Below, in pieces: positions 1 through 10,352 of a stretch of 64,000 bases of DNA (its first letter is position 1; the number at the start of each line of letters is the position of its first letter). Both the position numbers and the translations under genes were made by a program. Source of the DNA: Meiothermus sp. (GTDB lineage Bacteria; Deinococcota; Deinococci; Deinococcales; Thermaceae); assembly GCA_033762915.1 (NCBI GenBank), contig JANRLD010000032.1, positions 1-64,000 on the forward strand. The letters run 5' to 3'. Below the pieces are notes generated by a model. That model made no database searches and was not told where the DNA came from. It saw only the letters and a list, made by a program, of their open reading frames with translations.

Positions 1-1930
1 CTTAGCAATCATGTTTCTTCAGTTTGTTATAAGTATTTTGACAAATCGTGGGCAGGAGATAATTTCCGAGGTACGTATTTCGGAAAACCTCAAATCCGAC
101 AAAACATTTACTGAGTGGGGCGTTGCACAGGCATTTGTCCAGTATCCATTCGATGGAAGGAATCAACAATCTGTACCTATTCAGCCTGTGTTTAGCAACA
201 AAGTGGGTGAACTTGTTGCGGCGCAATTTCAACAGGGCTTAAGTCGGGTAGCTGTTACATCACAAGAGGAGTCATTGGTCAGGGGTTTGTCGGGTCTAAA
301 CGTAGTATTTCAAGAACTTGTAGTTGAGGCGATTCGTGAAGAGTTGAGAGTGAAGGCGAACGACGAAAGCAGGAACAGCTTGCCAACGATAACTTTGTCT
401 GCAGGGGATGTTACCTCAGTTGAGGTTCCTTTGGTGGAACTTCGGCGGTGGATACAACGACATGTCGGCGGTGCGAAATTTATCACAATATCAATCCAAA
501 GAATAAACAACGAGTTGCAGGCAAGCGCGAAAATGAATGAGCGGATATGGACAATTGGAGAAAGTGATCTAAACACTGTCGCAAAGGAAATTGACAACAC
601 CAAACGGCTCAAAAATCTGCCCAAAGCAACTAGTGAGACAAAAAGCGATATTGCTGGCAGGTCTGAGCGCCTAATGCGCGGTCTAGCTTTTCAGCGAGTT
701 ATTGATGACGAAGGCAAACTCAGCCTCAGGGGGAATTTATTTGCAATGAACTATTTGTATTATCTAGGGTTAACAAAGACGGCCAGCTTTCTTTCAGACC
801 CTAGTCGCACTGCTCTGGCTACTGATGCAGTGCTTTACCTGGAGTCAGCTATTGCTATCTTACTGAGGCTGAACTCGAGCGACCCCGAGTTGCAAAGGCG
901 GTTAATTTACGCCAGTTTCCTGGCCCTGCTCTTAGAAGGTAGCGACCCTAAAAGCAGCGACCGTGATTGCACGGAGTTCGGCCCAGCCGGGAATAGTGGC
1001 ACGTACTGGGCAGCTCGAGTAACGCATTACAGAAATCTAACAAGTTCTACAAGCAAATTTTTAAGTAGATTTAAAGACTTCTCTGTTGACGAATACCGAA
1101 TGCTTCTGTCCTTAAGATTGGGTAATGCGCTTATGTGTTCAGGACTCTTTGCACCCGCCCAAGCTGCGTATGATCGAGCGAAAGGTCAACTAAATAGTTT
1201 TGGTAAGGATGCTAAGTGGAATAGTCTTTTTGCCTACCTCTATGAAAGGATTGGAACGGCAGAGCTCTTGGATAAAGATGAATCAACCGATCCAATTTTC
1301 ACTTGGACAGCTGCCACCTCTGCAACTTTGCCTGATGACGATGGTACAGAAAAACCCAATCGGAATAGGTATGATCTTACTTACATTCCTGCTTACTTGC
1401 GGCGGATGGATTATTACCTTTGCAGAATTCTGAAAACCCCAAAGTCCAGATTTTTGATGGATAAGATAAACCCCTGTAACAATTTTCCAGAGGTTAGTTA
1501 CTCTGAGGTCACTACCACCAGCGTAAAGAAGGCAGAACAAGTATTGACAGAACTGTTCAGGAATAACACCTCTGACGCGAATCCTATTCCTAGCGAGCTA
1601 AAAGTTTTATCTGCATCACGTCGAATCCTGCTGTATGAGGAAATTGTTCGGTACGAAAAAACTGACCGCAATTTGATTGATCCAGCACAGCGTCAATGTC
1701 TTTTGATTAAACTAGCAGACACAACTCTGGCTCTCAAGGATTGGGTATTCACACAACCCCAATTGGCTGAGGACTTCGACTCAATACTCCAAGGGCTAAA
1801 AAGTCTGATTACAGATTTGGATGGCGATTTCTCGCGGCTCCCTGACATGCAGGACAAGAAAATATCATCCTTAGTTCAGGGAAATGAGCTGGAATATCTT
1901 CCTCAATATCAAAGAAGCTGTTTTGATTAA
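1..1930 (+). CDS. Uncharacterised low-GC protein, probably membrane-anchored with an alpha-helical/TPR-like C-terminal region; 5' end lies outside the window
   Basis: Frame is open from position 2 (LAIMFLQFVISIL, hydrophobic); 639 aa from the first ATG; TPR-like segment LRLGNALMCSGLFAPAQAAYDRA; clearly more AT-rich than host genes. Confidence 0.6.
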   Translation, partial: LAIMFLQFVISILTNRGQEIISEVRISENLKSDKTFTEWGVAQAFVQYPFDGRNQQSVPIQPVFSNKVGELVAAQFQQGLSRVAVTSQEESLVRGLSGLNVVFQELVVEAIREELRVKANDESRNSLPTITLSAGDVTSVEVPLVELRRWIQRHVGGAKFITISIQRINNELQASAKMNERIWTIGESDLNTVAKEIDNTKRLKNLPKATSETKSDIAGRSERLMRGLAFQRVIDDEGKLSLRGNLFAMNYLYYLGLTKTASFLSDPSRTALATDAVLYLESAIAILLRLNSSDPELQRRLIYASFLALLLEGSDPKSSDRDCTEFGPAGNSGTYWAARVTHYRNLTSSTSKFLSRFKDFSVDEYRMLLSLRLGNALMCSGLFAPAQAAYDRAKGQLNSFGKDAKWNSLFAYLYERIGTAELLDKDESTDPIFTWTAATSATLPDDDGTEKPNRNRYDLTYIPAYLRRMDYYLCRILKTPKSRFLMDKINPCNNFPEVSYSEVTTTSVKKAEQVLTELFRNNTSDANPIPSELKVLSASRRILLYEEIVRYEKTDRNLIDPAQRQCLLIKLADTTLALKDWVFTQPQLAEDFDSILQGLKSLITDLDGDFSRLPDMQDKKISSLVQGNELEYLPQYQRSCFD

Positions 1931-3096
1931 TGGGAGATCACATGAACGACTCTTCTGATACGAATATTTATAATTGTCATGTCCATGTTTTCACAATCCA
2001 CCAAGTGCCCAATGAAGCTCATCCAGCGATACCTTTGTTGCGTAGTAGAGGCTTCGTGCGTACTGCGCGTGCGGTGTTAGCTTGGATGAATCCACTTATA
2101 AATGCATATCTTGGTATTGGTTCGCCCTCGAGAATCGGCCTACCCTTACGCTTATTAGCGTTCTTGGACATAGGCGAAAGTGATTCAAAAGGAAATCCAG
2201 TTACTCAGCAATTGATTTTCGACCGATTATGGGGTGCGTACCCCTCAGGTACAAAGTTTGTTTTATTGCCCATCGATATGGATTACATTACTCATGAGTA
2301 CAGACCTGCCCCTCGGAATTACGAATTACAACTCCAAGAGTTGAGAGATCTGCGAACTAAGATGCCAGATGTTGTGATGCCCTTCATCTGTGCTGATCCT
2401 CGTAGACCGAAATTTCTGGATTTGATAAAAGAATACATCGAACAACATCAATTTGCGGGAATAAAACTATATCCTGCTCTAGGTTTTTTCCCATTTGATG
2501 CGCGTCTTGATGATATGTATTCATGGGCTGAGGCGAACGAAGTGCCAATTACAACACATTGCACTCCAGGGGGTTTATATGCTCGTAGGTTTGAACCTAC
2601 TCATCGCGTACACCCAAAAACACATCGACACCTTCCTGGTAATAGTCCATCTGAATTCGCAAAAAACTACTCTGACCCGCGTAACTATGATTGGGTACTT
2701 GAGAGATTTCCTAAACTAAAGCTCTGTTTTGCTCATTTGGGTGGCGACTGGCACTGGAGACGTTTTCTCGAGCAGTCTCGGGAGACAAAACCAGAAGACC
2801 TATCATGGACTTCGGTAATACTCAATCATATGAAGAGATTCCCCAATGTGTACGCAGACATCTCTTACGCTGCATATGATCGTGATTTATTGCCCCTGCT
2901 TAAAGTCTTTGTTAATACACCATATGCCGGCGAACGTATCCTTTTTGGTACAGATTACTTCGTTGTGCGTGTAGAGGCTGCTGAACGCGAATTTAGTATT
3001 AGAGTAAGAGGTTTTCTAGGTGAAGCTGATTACTTCAAAATCGCTAACACAAACCCGAAAAAATTTCTCCAAAATAGAGTTTTTGAATTGATATAA
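1930..3096 (+). CDS. Amidohydrolase family protein (TIM-barrel metal-dependent hydrolase, Amidohydro_2-like)
   Basis: NCHVH, GIKLYPALG, ITTHC, AHLGG, VYADISY and RILFGTDY motifs; TAATG overlap with the upstream ORF. Confidence 0.85.
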   Translation: MGDHMNDSSDTNIYNCHVHVFTIHQVPNEAHPAIPLLRSRGFVRTARAVLAWMNPLINAYLGIGSPSRIGLPLRLLAFLDIGESDSKGNPVTQQLIFDRLWGAYPSGTKFVLLPIDMDYITHEYRPAPRNYELQLQELRDLRTKMPDVVMPFICADPRRPKFLDLIKEYIEQHQFAGIKLYPALGFFPFDARLDDMYSWAEANEVPITTHCTPGGLYARRFEPTHRVHPKTHRHLPGNSPSEFAKNYSDPRNYDWVLERFPKLKLCFAHLGGDWHWRRFLEQSRETKPEDLSWTSVILNHMKRFPNVYADISYAAYDRDLLPLLKVFVNTPYAGERILFGTDYFVVRVEAAEREFSIRVRGFLGEADYFKIANTNPKKFLQNRVFELI

Positions 3097-3182
3097 CTCC
3101 TCAGACAACCCTGCCCCTTCAACAACTTGCTTGAATCACCCATCCACTTTTGCCCAGTTCTTCTTACCATTAGGTGCAAGAT

Positions 3183-3428
3183 TCACTGGCCAGACCCTCC
3201 GCCTCGAGCCACTTTGGCCATCTCGAGCATAAAATTTCTCGAGCTTTCAATGCCCTTCTCAAAGTTAATCAGGTCAAACTTCTCGTTGGGCGAGTGCAGG
3301 TTGTCGTTGTCTAGGCCGAAGCTCATCAACACGATGGGGATATCCATCAGTTCCTTGAAATCGGCCACAATAGGAACACTGCCGCCCATATGGTTCAAGA
3401 CCGGTTTGACCCCCCAGGCCGCCTCGAG
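3183..3428 (-). pseudogene. 3' fragment of an M20 family dipeptidase
   Basis: LEAAWGVKPVLNHMGGSVPIVADFKELMDIPIVLMSFGLDNDNLHSPNEKF matches the M20 C-terminus; resemblance stops at CTCGAG 3423-3428. Confidence 0.8.
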
Positions 3429-4233
3429 CTTCCCCAGCCCGCAGAACCGCGCCCGCCTGACCGGCACCAGCGCCACCGTGGACGGCCTCCAGCTCGATCC
3501 CGCTGGGCGCTATGCAGCCTTCCTCGAGGCTATGAATTTCGACACTCGAGATTCCAACTTTACCGTACCAGCTCCAGAGTACTTTTCCGTCTCGCGCACC
3601 ATGCGCGACTTCACCCTGTTCCAGATGATCGGTGGGGTGCGGGCGCAGAGCGGCGGCAACGACACCTACTTTACCTACCGCTTTGCTCGGCCTGATGGCG
3701 CGCCCGCCAATGTCTCTGTCAATTTCACCGTCACCGGCCCGGCGGGCTGGAACGGTGGCCAGCCCTTCAACGCCCCTGACCGCTTCCTGGGCCAAGACAC
3801 CGACCGGATGCAGCGGGGCTGGTTTGGCCCGGCGGCCCCGCCGGTCAGCGGCGCCTACAGCTTCACGGCGGTGATCGGCCCCACCACCTACAGCGGCAGC
3901 TTCACCATAGATGCCACCCAGACCTTGCCCGAGCCTGCCAGCCTAACCCCCATCACCGTCACCGCCGGTAGCGTGACCTGCTCCTGGTCTGCGGTGGTGA
4001 GGGCGCAAAGTTATGACTTCGACATCTGGAACGACACCGACCGGCGCAGCGAGGGTAGCCTGCAATATGTTACCGGAACCACCGCCACCGTCATCGGGTT
4101 GACCCTAACTGCTGCCAAGACCTACTTCTGCCAGGTCTCGCCGCAGAGCATCAACCTGACCGCCACCGCCTTCGCCCCGTTGGGTACTCAAAACAACACC
4201 TCCTTCCGCCGCGCCCAACTCACCCTGCCGTAG
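3423..4233 (+). pseudogene. 5'-truncated beta-rich exported-type protein with a C-terminal FN3-like domain
   Basis: Host-like codon usage from ~3423; VTCSWSAV..AQSYDF..W and LTAAKTYFCQV are FN3-like; no signal peptide or RBS, and the upstream part of the called ORF is the antisense of the M20 fragment. Confidence 0.55.
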
Positions 4234-4284
4234 GCTGGACTCCCTCGAATCCGGTACGGGCCTTACATCTTTGAGGTACTCCCC

Positions 4285-4605
4285 ATGTCCGACGTGCGCA
4301 AGAGTTTCGACTTCACCGCCTACATCAGCCGCCAGCCGGGGGGCGCGCCCATCTTGCATGTCCACGGCACCTGTGAGATGCCGATGGCCGGCTACCGCCT
4401 GGTCTTGCAGCCCCTGGTTCCCCAGGGCACCAACCCCACCATCCTGATCCTGCAGCTGATCGAGCAAAAGCCCGAAAGTGGTGCAGAGGTCGTCACCAAC
4501 ACGCCGGTCGCCTATACCCAGAGCGTGGATGGGTTGGAATATCCGATCCTCGAGGTGCACATCACCCCCATCAACACCAAGATCAGGGTGCACGAGGTGC
4601 GTTGA
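4285..4605 (+). CDS. Hypothetical protein (PQGxNPxILxL motif)
   Basis: GAGG RBS before the ATG; host codon usage. Confidence 0.7.
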   Translation: MSDVRKSFDFTAYISRQPGGAPILHVHGTCEMPMAGYRLVLQPLVPQGTNPTILILQLIEQKPESGAEVVTNTPVAYTQSVDGLEYPILEVHITPINTKIRVHEVR

Positions 4606-4830
4606 GGCGGGGCGGCAGTGAGCCCAGGGCGCTCTGGCCGTCTGGGCAAATGCAAGGGTCTTTTGGGTGTCGGGCCTGGCTGACTCCGGCCGGCTCGAGC
4701 CAAGCGGGGTTGTTGGGTGGGACTCGAGCCTCAGGACTCGGGCACCTCATCGGGGAATTGGCGATTCGCCTGCGAATCTCGCTGAACGGAAGGTCACGCC
4801 CAAGGTAAGGCCCGAGCGTAGCCTGGGCGA

Positions 4831-4859
4831 TTGACCTTCCTGCCTTTTTCGGCTAAACT
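4831..4859 (+). promoter_or_regulatory. Sigma70-type promoter of the acyl-CoA dehydrogenase gene
   Basis: TTGACC-17 bp-TAAACT. Confidence 0.7.
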
Positions 4860-4874
4860 TTATACCCAGTACAA
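4860..4874. promoter_or_regulatory. FadR (TetR-type) operator
   Basis: TTATACCCAGTACAA fits the Thermus FadR consensus TTRNACYNRGTNYAA as I recall it; lies directly after the -10 of a fatty-acid degradation gene. Confidence 0.65.
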
Positions 4875-4913
4875 GTTTTCTCCGAGTCCAAAAACCCCAG
4901 AACGAGGTACACC

Positions 4914-6668
4914 ATGATCGCAGACCGCAAACTCTCGGCCAAAGGCGGCGGCTGGCTTCTAGAGGCCACCGACGCCGGCTCCGTCTTCACCCCCGAAGCC
5001 TTCGACGACACCACCCGCATGATCCAGGACACCGTGCGGCAGTTCGTGGAGAAGGAGTACCGTCCCAAGGCCTTGGCCATGGAGCATGGCGAACTCGAGC
5101 ACAACATCCCCCTGCTGCGCAAGGCCGGCGAACTGGGGCTGCTGGGTGTGGAGGTGTCCGAGGAGTACGGCGGCCTCGACTTGCCCAAGACGGTCAGTAC
5201 AGTGATCGCCGAGGGGCTGGCCCCCACCGGCGGCTTTAGCGTTAGCTACGGCGTCCAGACCTCTATTGGCCTGCTGCCGCTGGTGTACTGGGGCACCAAG
5301 GCCCAGAAGGACAAATACCTCGCCAAGCTGGTGTCGGGGGAGATGATCGCCGCCTACTGCCTCACCGAGCCGCAGTCCGGCTCCGACGCCATGGGGGCCA
5401 AGACCCGCGCCGAGCTGTCCGCCGATGGGACGCACTACACCCTCAACGGTACCAAGATGTGGATCTCCAATGCCGGCTTCGCCCACCTCTTCACCGTCTT
5501 CGCCAAAACCCCCGAGGGCCTGACCGCCTTCCTGGTCGAGCGGGACACCCCCGGCCTGCGGCTGGGCGGCGAAGAGAAGAAGATGGGGATCAAGGCCAGC
5601 AGCACCCGGCAGGTCTTCCTCGAGGACGTAAAGGTGCCCGTTGAGAACGTGCTGGGCGAGCTGGGCAAGGGCCACAAGATCGCCTTTAACGTGCTCAATG
5701 TGGGGCGCTACAAGCTGGGCGCGGGGGCGGTGGGCGGGGCCAAGATCGCCTTGCAACTCTCGGCCAAGTACGCCAAGGAGCGCGTGGCCTTCGGCACCTC
5801 GATCGCCAACTTCGGGATGATCCAGCAAAAGCTGGGCGAGATGGCCAGCCGCATCTTCGCGGGCGAGAGCGCCACCTACCGCACCATGGGCTTGATCGAC
5901 GGCGCCCTTAGCCAGCTCGACTCCAAGGCTGACGCCGCCGAGGCAGTCTTGGCGGGCATTGAGGAGTACGCCATCGAGGCCAGCATCATCAAGGTGCTGG
6001 GCTCGGAAATCCTGGACTTCGCCGCCGACGAAGGGGTGCAGATCCACGGCGGCTACGGCTACAGCGGCGAGTACGAGATCGAGCAGGTCTACCGCGATAG
6101 CCGCATCAACCGCATCTTCGAGGGCACCAACGAGATCAACCGCCTCCTGATCCCCGGCATGCTGCTGCGCCGGGCGATGAAGGGCGAGTTGCCGCTGTTC
6201 GACGCGGCCATGAAGCTCCAGAAGGAGCTGCTCGAGCCCAGCTTCGACGAAATCGAAGACCCCGAGATGCACCAGCTCGAGAACCTGAAGAAGCTGGCCC
6301 TGGCGGTGCTGGGCCTGGCCGCGCTTAAGTACGGCAAGAAGGTGGAAGAGGAGCAAGAAGTAATGGCGGTCGCCGCCGACCTCCTGACCGACATCTACAC
6401 CATCGAGAGCGCCCTGCTGCGCGCGCGTAAGCTGGGCGGCGGGGTGTACGCCGACATGGCCATGCTCTACGCCTACCAGGCCCTCGACCGCGCCCAGGCC
6501 GCTGCCCTCTCGGTGCTGCCCCGCCTTGCCGAGGGCGACGAGATGCGGGTGATGGCCTCGGCTGCCCGCCGCCTGACCAAGCACGACCCCGCCGATTTGG
6601 TGGAGGTGCGCCGCCGGATTGCGAAGAAGGTGCTCGAGGCCGACGGCTATCCACAGCCGAAGGCGTAG
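4914..6668 (+). CDS. fadE: Acyl-CoA dehydrogenase
   Basis: YCLTEPQSGSD, NGTKMWISN, QIHGGYGY and RIFEGTNEINR motifs. Confidence 0.95.
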   Translation: MIADRKLSAKGGGWLLEATDAGSVFTPEAFDDTTRMIQDTVRQFVEKEYRPKALAMEHGELEHNIPLLRKAGELGLLGVEVSEEYGGLDLPKTVSTVIAEGLAPTGGFSVSYGVQTSIGLLPLVYWGTKAQKDKYLAKLVSGEMIAAYCLTEPQSGSDAMGAKTRAELSADGTHYTLNGTKMWISNAGFAHLFTVFAKTPEGLTAFLVERDTPGLRLGGEEKKMGIKASSTRQVFLEDVKVPVENVLGELGKGHKIAFNVLNVGRYKLGAGAVGGAKIALQLSAKYAKERVAFGTSIANFGMIQQKLGEMASRIFAGESATYRTMGLIDGALSQLDSKADAAEAVLAGIEEYAIEASIIKVLGSEILDFAADEGVQIHGGYGYSGEYEIEQVYRDSRINRIFEGTNEINRLLIPGMLLRRAMKGELPLFDAAMKLQKELLEPSFDEIEDPEMHQLENLKKLALAVLGLAALKYGKKVEEEQEVMAVAADLLTDIYTIESALLRARKLGGGVYADMAMLYAYQALDRAQAAALSVLPRLAEGDEMRVMASAARRLTKHDPADLVEVRRRIAKKVLEADGYPQPKA

Positions 6669-6802
6669 GCCTCAACGGGGCCGACGCCCTGGGGCGGGGA
6701 GTGGGGGGACACCCACTCCCCGTGTCGGTTTGCGGTGGTTCTCGAGTCGATCCTGGCGCATATAGCCCCGAGGGCTTCGCCGGGTCAGGACGGAAGTGCG
6801 CC

Positions 6803-7570
6803 TTAATCGCCCAGCAGGTCCCCGACCAGCCGCATGCAGATCTCCTGGCTGCGCCCGTCGGTGTCGAAGCGCGGTGTCCAGGTGGTTACCGAGATCGCCA
6901 CGACGTTCTTGGTCTGCGCCAGCGCCTTAAGAAATGCCCCCACCTCCGCTGCCGAGGGGCCGCCCTTGGCGGGGTAGCTCATGGCAGGCACTTCCTCGGG
7001 GTTCACGATGTCGGTGTCGAAGTGAACCCACAGCGGCTGATCCAGCAGGGGGTGGCTCAGCAGCGCTTGCAGGTCGGGGGCGACGTGGATGCGGGAGGCC
7101 TCGAGGGCCACCTTCTCGGGCGGGTCGAGGTCGCGCACGTCGCTCACGACTACGCGCTCGTCGGGCAGGGTTTCGGCCCGCACCGCCTCAACCAAAGTCT
7201 GCTCGCCGCGCCCGGTCATCATCGCCAGCGGCATCCCGCCCAGGAAGCCGCTGGGCGTGGTCTCCCAGGTGTTGAAGTCGCCGTGCGCGTCCAGCCACAG
7301 CAGCACCGGGCTCAAGCCCGCCCGCTGCAAGCCCGCCAGCACGGGAATCGAGGCGCAGCAGTCGCCCGCGATGCTCACGGGCCGCTGCCCCTGGGCCGCC
7401 GTCTCGGCCACGAAATCGGCCAGGGGGTGGTAGAGCGGGACGATGCGCTCCTGGGTGCTGCCCCCCGGCATCTCGGCTAGGTTCATCTGCCAACCGGGCT
7501 GGTGCAGCGCGTGCAGGGTGGGGGAGAAGCGGTCGAAGAAGTAGGGGGTCAGGATGAAGCGGTTGTCCAT
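6803..7570 (-). CDS. Arginase family (ureohydrolase) protein
   Basis: GDC, WLDAHGDFN, SGFLGGMPL and HFDTD motifs. Confidence 0.9.
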   Translation of the reverse strand: MDNRFILTPYFFDRFSPTLHALHQPGWQMNLAEMPGGSTQERIVPLYHPLADFVAETAAQGQRPVSIAGDCCASIPVLAGLQRAGLSPVLLWLDAHGDFNTWETTPSGFLGGMPLAMMTGRGEQTLVEAVRAETLPDERVVVSDVRDLDPPEKVALEASRIHVAPDLQALLSHPLLDQPLWVHFDTDIVNPEEVPAMSYPAKGGPSAAEVGAFLKALAQTKNVVAISVTTWTPRFDTDGRSQEICMRLVGDLLGD

Positions 7571-8058
7571 GCGGGTATTGTTTCATACCGAGCGTTTGAA
7601 GGGCATAGGTCGAAGGCCAGAAGCTCAAAAATAAACCCCAGACGCCTCAAACCACACCTTACTGGTGTCATTCTGAGCCCAACGCCTCCATTCACTGCGC
7701 ATGCTCCAGGGCCACACGCCTATGCCATGGTGCACAAGACCTTCACCGCCAGCAATCGGCGGGCAATATGGTGCCGTCATAGACTTTTCACTACGCGGCT
7801 CGAGTGAATCCTCGAGCGGTCGTAACTATCAGATCCGGATGTGCGGGGCAATCGCGCCTGCATTGCCGCCTTGCCGCGTGAGCTGCGATGGCGCGAACCG
7901 CTGTCAGACTCGAGGGATTCCTGGAGCGGGGTGCTTTCGGGGTAAGCCGTAGACCCCGCAATGGCGGGTTGCGGTGAAGCGGTATTTTGGGTTTGCTGAT
8001 GTCCAAATGTAACCCCCATCAGCTACCCGCTACCCGCTGCCCGCTATATGCTCTACCC

Positions 8059-9021
8059 ATGAAAGCCATCCGCGTCCACACCCCCGGCGGCCCCGAAGCC
8101 TTGGTGCTCGAGGAGATCCCCACCCCCACGCCCGGCGAGGGCCAGGTGCTGGTGAAGTTGCAGGCCAGCGGGGTCAACTTCATTGACACCTACAAGCGGG
8201 GCGGCCTCTACACCGTGCCCACGCCCTTCACGGTGGGTGAGGAGGGGGCGGGTACGGTCGCAGCGCTGGGCGCGGGGGTGACGGGCTTCGCGGAGGGCGA
8301 GGCGGTGGTCTACTCCAACGTCCAGGGCGGCTACGCCGAGTACGCGGTGGTGCCCGCCGAGAAGCTGATCAAGATACCAGTGGGCCTCGAGGCCAAGACC
8401 GCCGTGGCCGCGATGCTCCAGGGCATGACCGCCCACTACCTGGCCTACAGCCTGTACCCGCTCAAGGCGGGCGAGACCTGTGTTGTCCACGCGGGCGCGG
8501 GTGGGGTGGGGCTGATCCTGATCCAGCTCGCCAAGATGATCGGCGCCACGGTACTCTCGACGGCCAGCAGCCCCGAGAAGCAGGCCCTGGCCAAAGGCGC
8601 GGGCGCAGATTACGTGATGGGCTACGAGGGATTCGAGGCCAAGGCCAGGGAGATCACCGGCGGCAGGGGCGTGGACGTGGTGTACGACGGGGTTGGCCAG
8701 TCCACCTGGGAGGGCAGCCTCGCCAGTCTGCGGGTGCGTGGGATGATGGCCCTCTACGGGCAGTCCAGTGGGCCGGTTCCGCCCTTCAACCCGCAAATCC
8801 TTAACCAGAAGGGCGGCCTCTTCCTGACCCGTCCCTCGCTGTGGCACTACACCCAGACCCGGGCCGAACTCGAGTGGCGGGCCGGGGAAATCCTGGGCTG
8901 GGCCGCCCAGGGCAGGCTGAGCATCCGCATAGGGGCCGAGTTCCCCCTGGCCCAGGCCGCCCAAGCCCATATCGCCCTGCAAGGCCGCCAGACCACGGGT
9001 AAGGTGTTGCTGATCCCCTGA
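8059..9021 (+). CDS. qor: NADPH:quinone oxidoreductase (zeta-crystallin/MDR family)
   Basis: GVNFID, HAGAGGVG, VVYDGVG and TTGKVLL motifs; start at MKAIRV. Confidence 0.93.
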   Translation: MKAIRVHTPGGPEALVLEEIPTPTPGEGQVLVKLQASGVNFIDTYKRGGLYTVPTPFTVGEEGAGTVAALGAGVTGFAEGEAVVYSNVQGGYAEYAVVPAEKLIKIPVGLEAKTAVAAMLQGMTAHYLAYSLYPLKAGETCVVHAGAGGVGLILIQLAKMIGATVLSTASSPEKQALAKGAGADYVMGYEGFEAKAREITGGRGVDVVYDGVGQSTWEGSLASLRVRGMMALYGQSSGPVPPFNPQILNQKGGLFLTRPSLWHYTQTRAELEWRAGEILGWAAQGRLSIRIGAEFPLAQAAQAHIALQGRQTTGKVLLIP

Positions 9022-9137
9022 GGTCGGAGTTCAAAAAGCCACCCGCTGACGGCCGACGCATCTCGCCTCTGCCCCGGATTAAGGCGGCGGTTCATCCCGT
9101 CGTCCTCGTTCCCGGCCAGCCCGTATACTGAACCGCT

Positions 9138-10352
9138 ATGGCCTCGACCCAGACCGAGATACTGCCCAACGGCCTGACCCTGGCCGTCGAGACCCAGCCC
9201 TGGAACCCCGGGGTGGCGCTGCAACTGCTGATCCCGGCGGGGGCGGTGGGCGACCCGGAAGGCCTCGAGGGGTCGGCTTCGCTGTTGGAGGGCTGGCTCT
9301 GGAAGGGCGCGGGCAGCCGCGACGCCAGGGCGCTGGCCGACGCCTTTGACGACCTGGGGGTGCGGCGTGGCAGCAGCTCGGGCCTTGAGTACGCTTCCTT
9401 CGCGGCCAGCTTCCTGGCCGAAAAGCTGGGGGCGGTGCTGGGCCTCTACGCCGATGTGCTGCGGCGGCCCTGCCTGGCCGACGGCGACCTCGAGCCCGTG
9501 CGCCAGATTGCCCTGCAAGAGCTGGCCGCGATAGAGGATCAGCCCTCCAAGAAGATGTTCACCGCCCTGCGCCGGGCCAAGTTCCGCAGCGCCCACGGGC
9601 GCAACCCTGGGGGCTCGAGGCCCGCCCTGGAGGCCGCCAGCCCCGCTGCCCTCCGCGCTGACTTCCAGGCCCGCTACAGCCCCCGGGGGGCCATTCTGGC
9701 GCTGGTGGGGGGCGTGAGCCTGGATCAGGCTCGAGAGGCCGTGCTGGCTGCGCTGGGCGACTGGGACGGCCCTCCCGCCCCGCTCCCCGAGGTCGTGACC
9801 GCCCCGCCGCACAGCCTGAGCCTGTGGGCGGACTCGGCCCAAGTGCAGATCGGGCTGATCTACCCGGACGTTTCCTACGGGCACCCCGAGTTTTACACCG
9901 CCCGCCTGGCCGTGCAGGTGCTTTCGGGCGGCTCGGGCAGTCGCCTGTTCACCGAGGTACGCGAGAAGCGTGGGCTGGTCTACTCGGTCTACGCTACCCC
10001 CAGCGGTGTGAGGGGCTACAGCTACATGAGCGCCTACGCTGGAACCACCCCCGAGCGCGCCGAGGAGACCCTCGAGGTGATGCGCCGAGAGATCGAGGGT
10101 CTGGCCGACATCACCGAGGGGGAGCTCGAGCGGATTAAGGTGGGGCTCAGGGCGAGCCTGGTGATGCAGGACGAGTCCTCGCGCTCACGGGCCGCCAGCA
10201 TGGTGCGCGACCTCTTCGGGGTGGGGCGGGTGCGGACGCTCGAGGAGATCGAGGCGGGCATCGAATCGGTGGACGTGGGGCGCATCAACCGCTATGTCCG
10301 AGAGTTCCCCTACCGCAATCCCTGGGTGGCGACCCTCGGGCCGAAGCGCTAA
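9138..10352 (+). CDS. M16 family peptidase, non-catalytic-type subunit
   Basis: LPNGL N-terminus; SRLFTEVREKRGLVY; no HxxEH motif. Confidence 0.9.
   Translation: MASTQTEILPNGLTLAVETQPWNPGVALQLLIPAGAVGDPEGLEGSASLLEGWLWKGAGSRDARALADAFDDLGVRRGSSSGLEYASFAASFLAEKLGAVLGLYADVLRRPCLADGDLEPVRQIALQELAAIEDQPSKKMFTALRRAKFRSAHGRNPGGSRPALEAASPAALRADFQARYSPRGAILALVGGVSLDQAREAVLAALGDWDGPPAPLPEVVTAPPHSLSLWADSAQVQIGLIYPDVSYGHPEFYTARLAVQVLSGGSGSRLFTEVREKRGLVYSVYATPSGVRGYSYMSAYAGTTPERAEETLEVMRREIEGLADITEGELERIKVGLRASLVMQDESSRSRAASMVRDLFGVGRVRTLEEIEAGIESVDVGRINRYVREFPYRNPWVATLGPKR

Noticed and set aside
3127..4233. 368-aa ORF as a single gene
   Set aside because: The first ~100 codons are the antisense of an M20 peptidase fragment, so the ORF is chimeric.
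7575..8050. ncRNA or small gene between arginase and qor
   Set aside because: Short ORFs lack host codon bias and no recognisable structure is present; probably decayed mosaic DNA.
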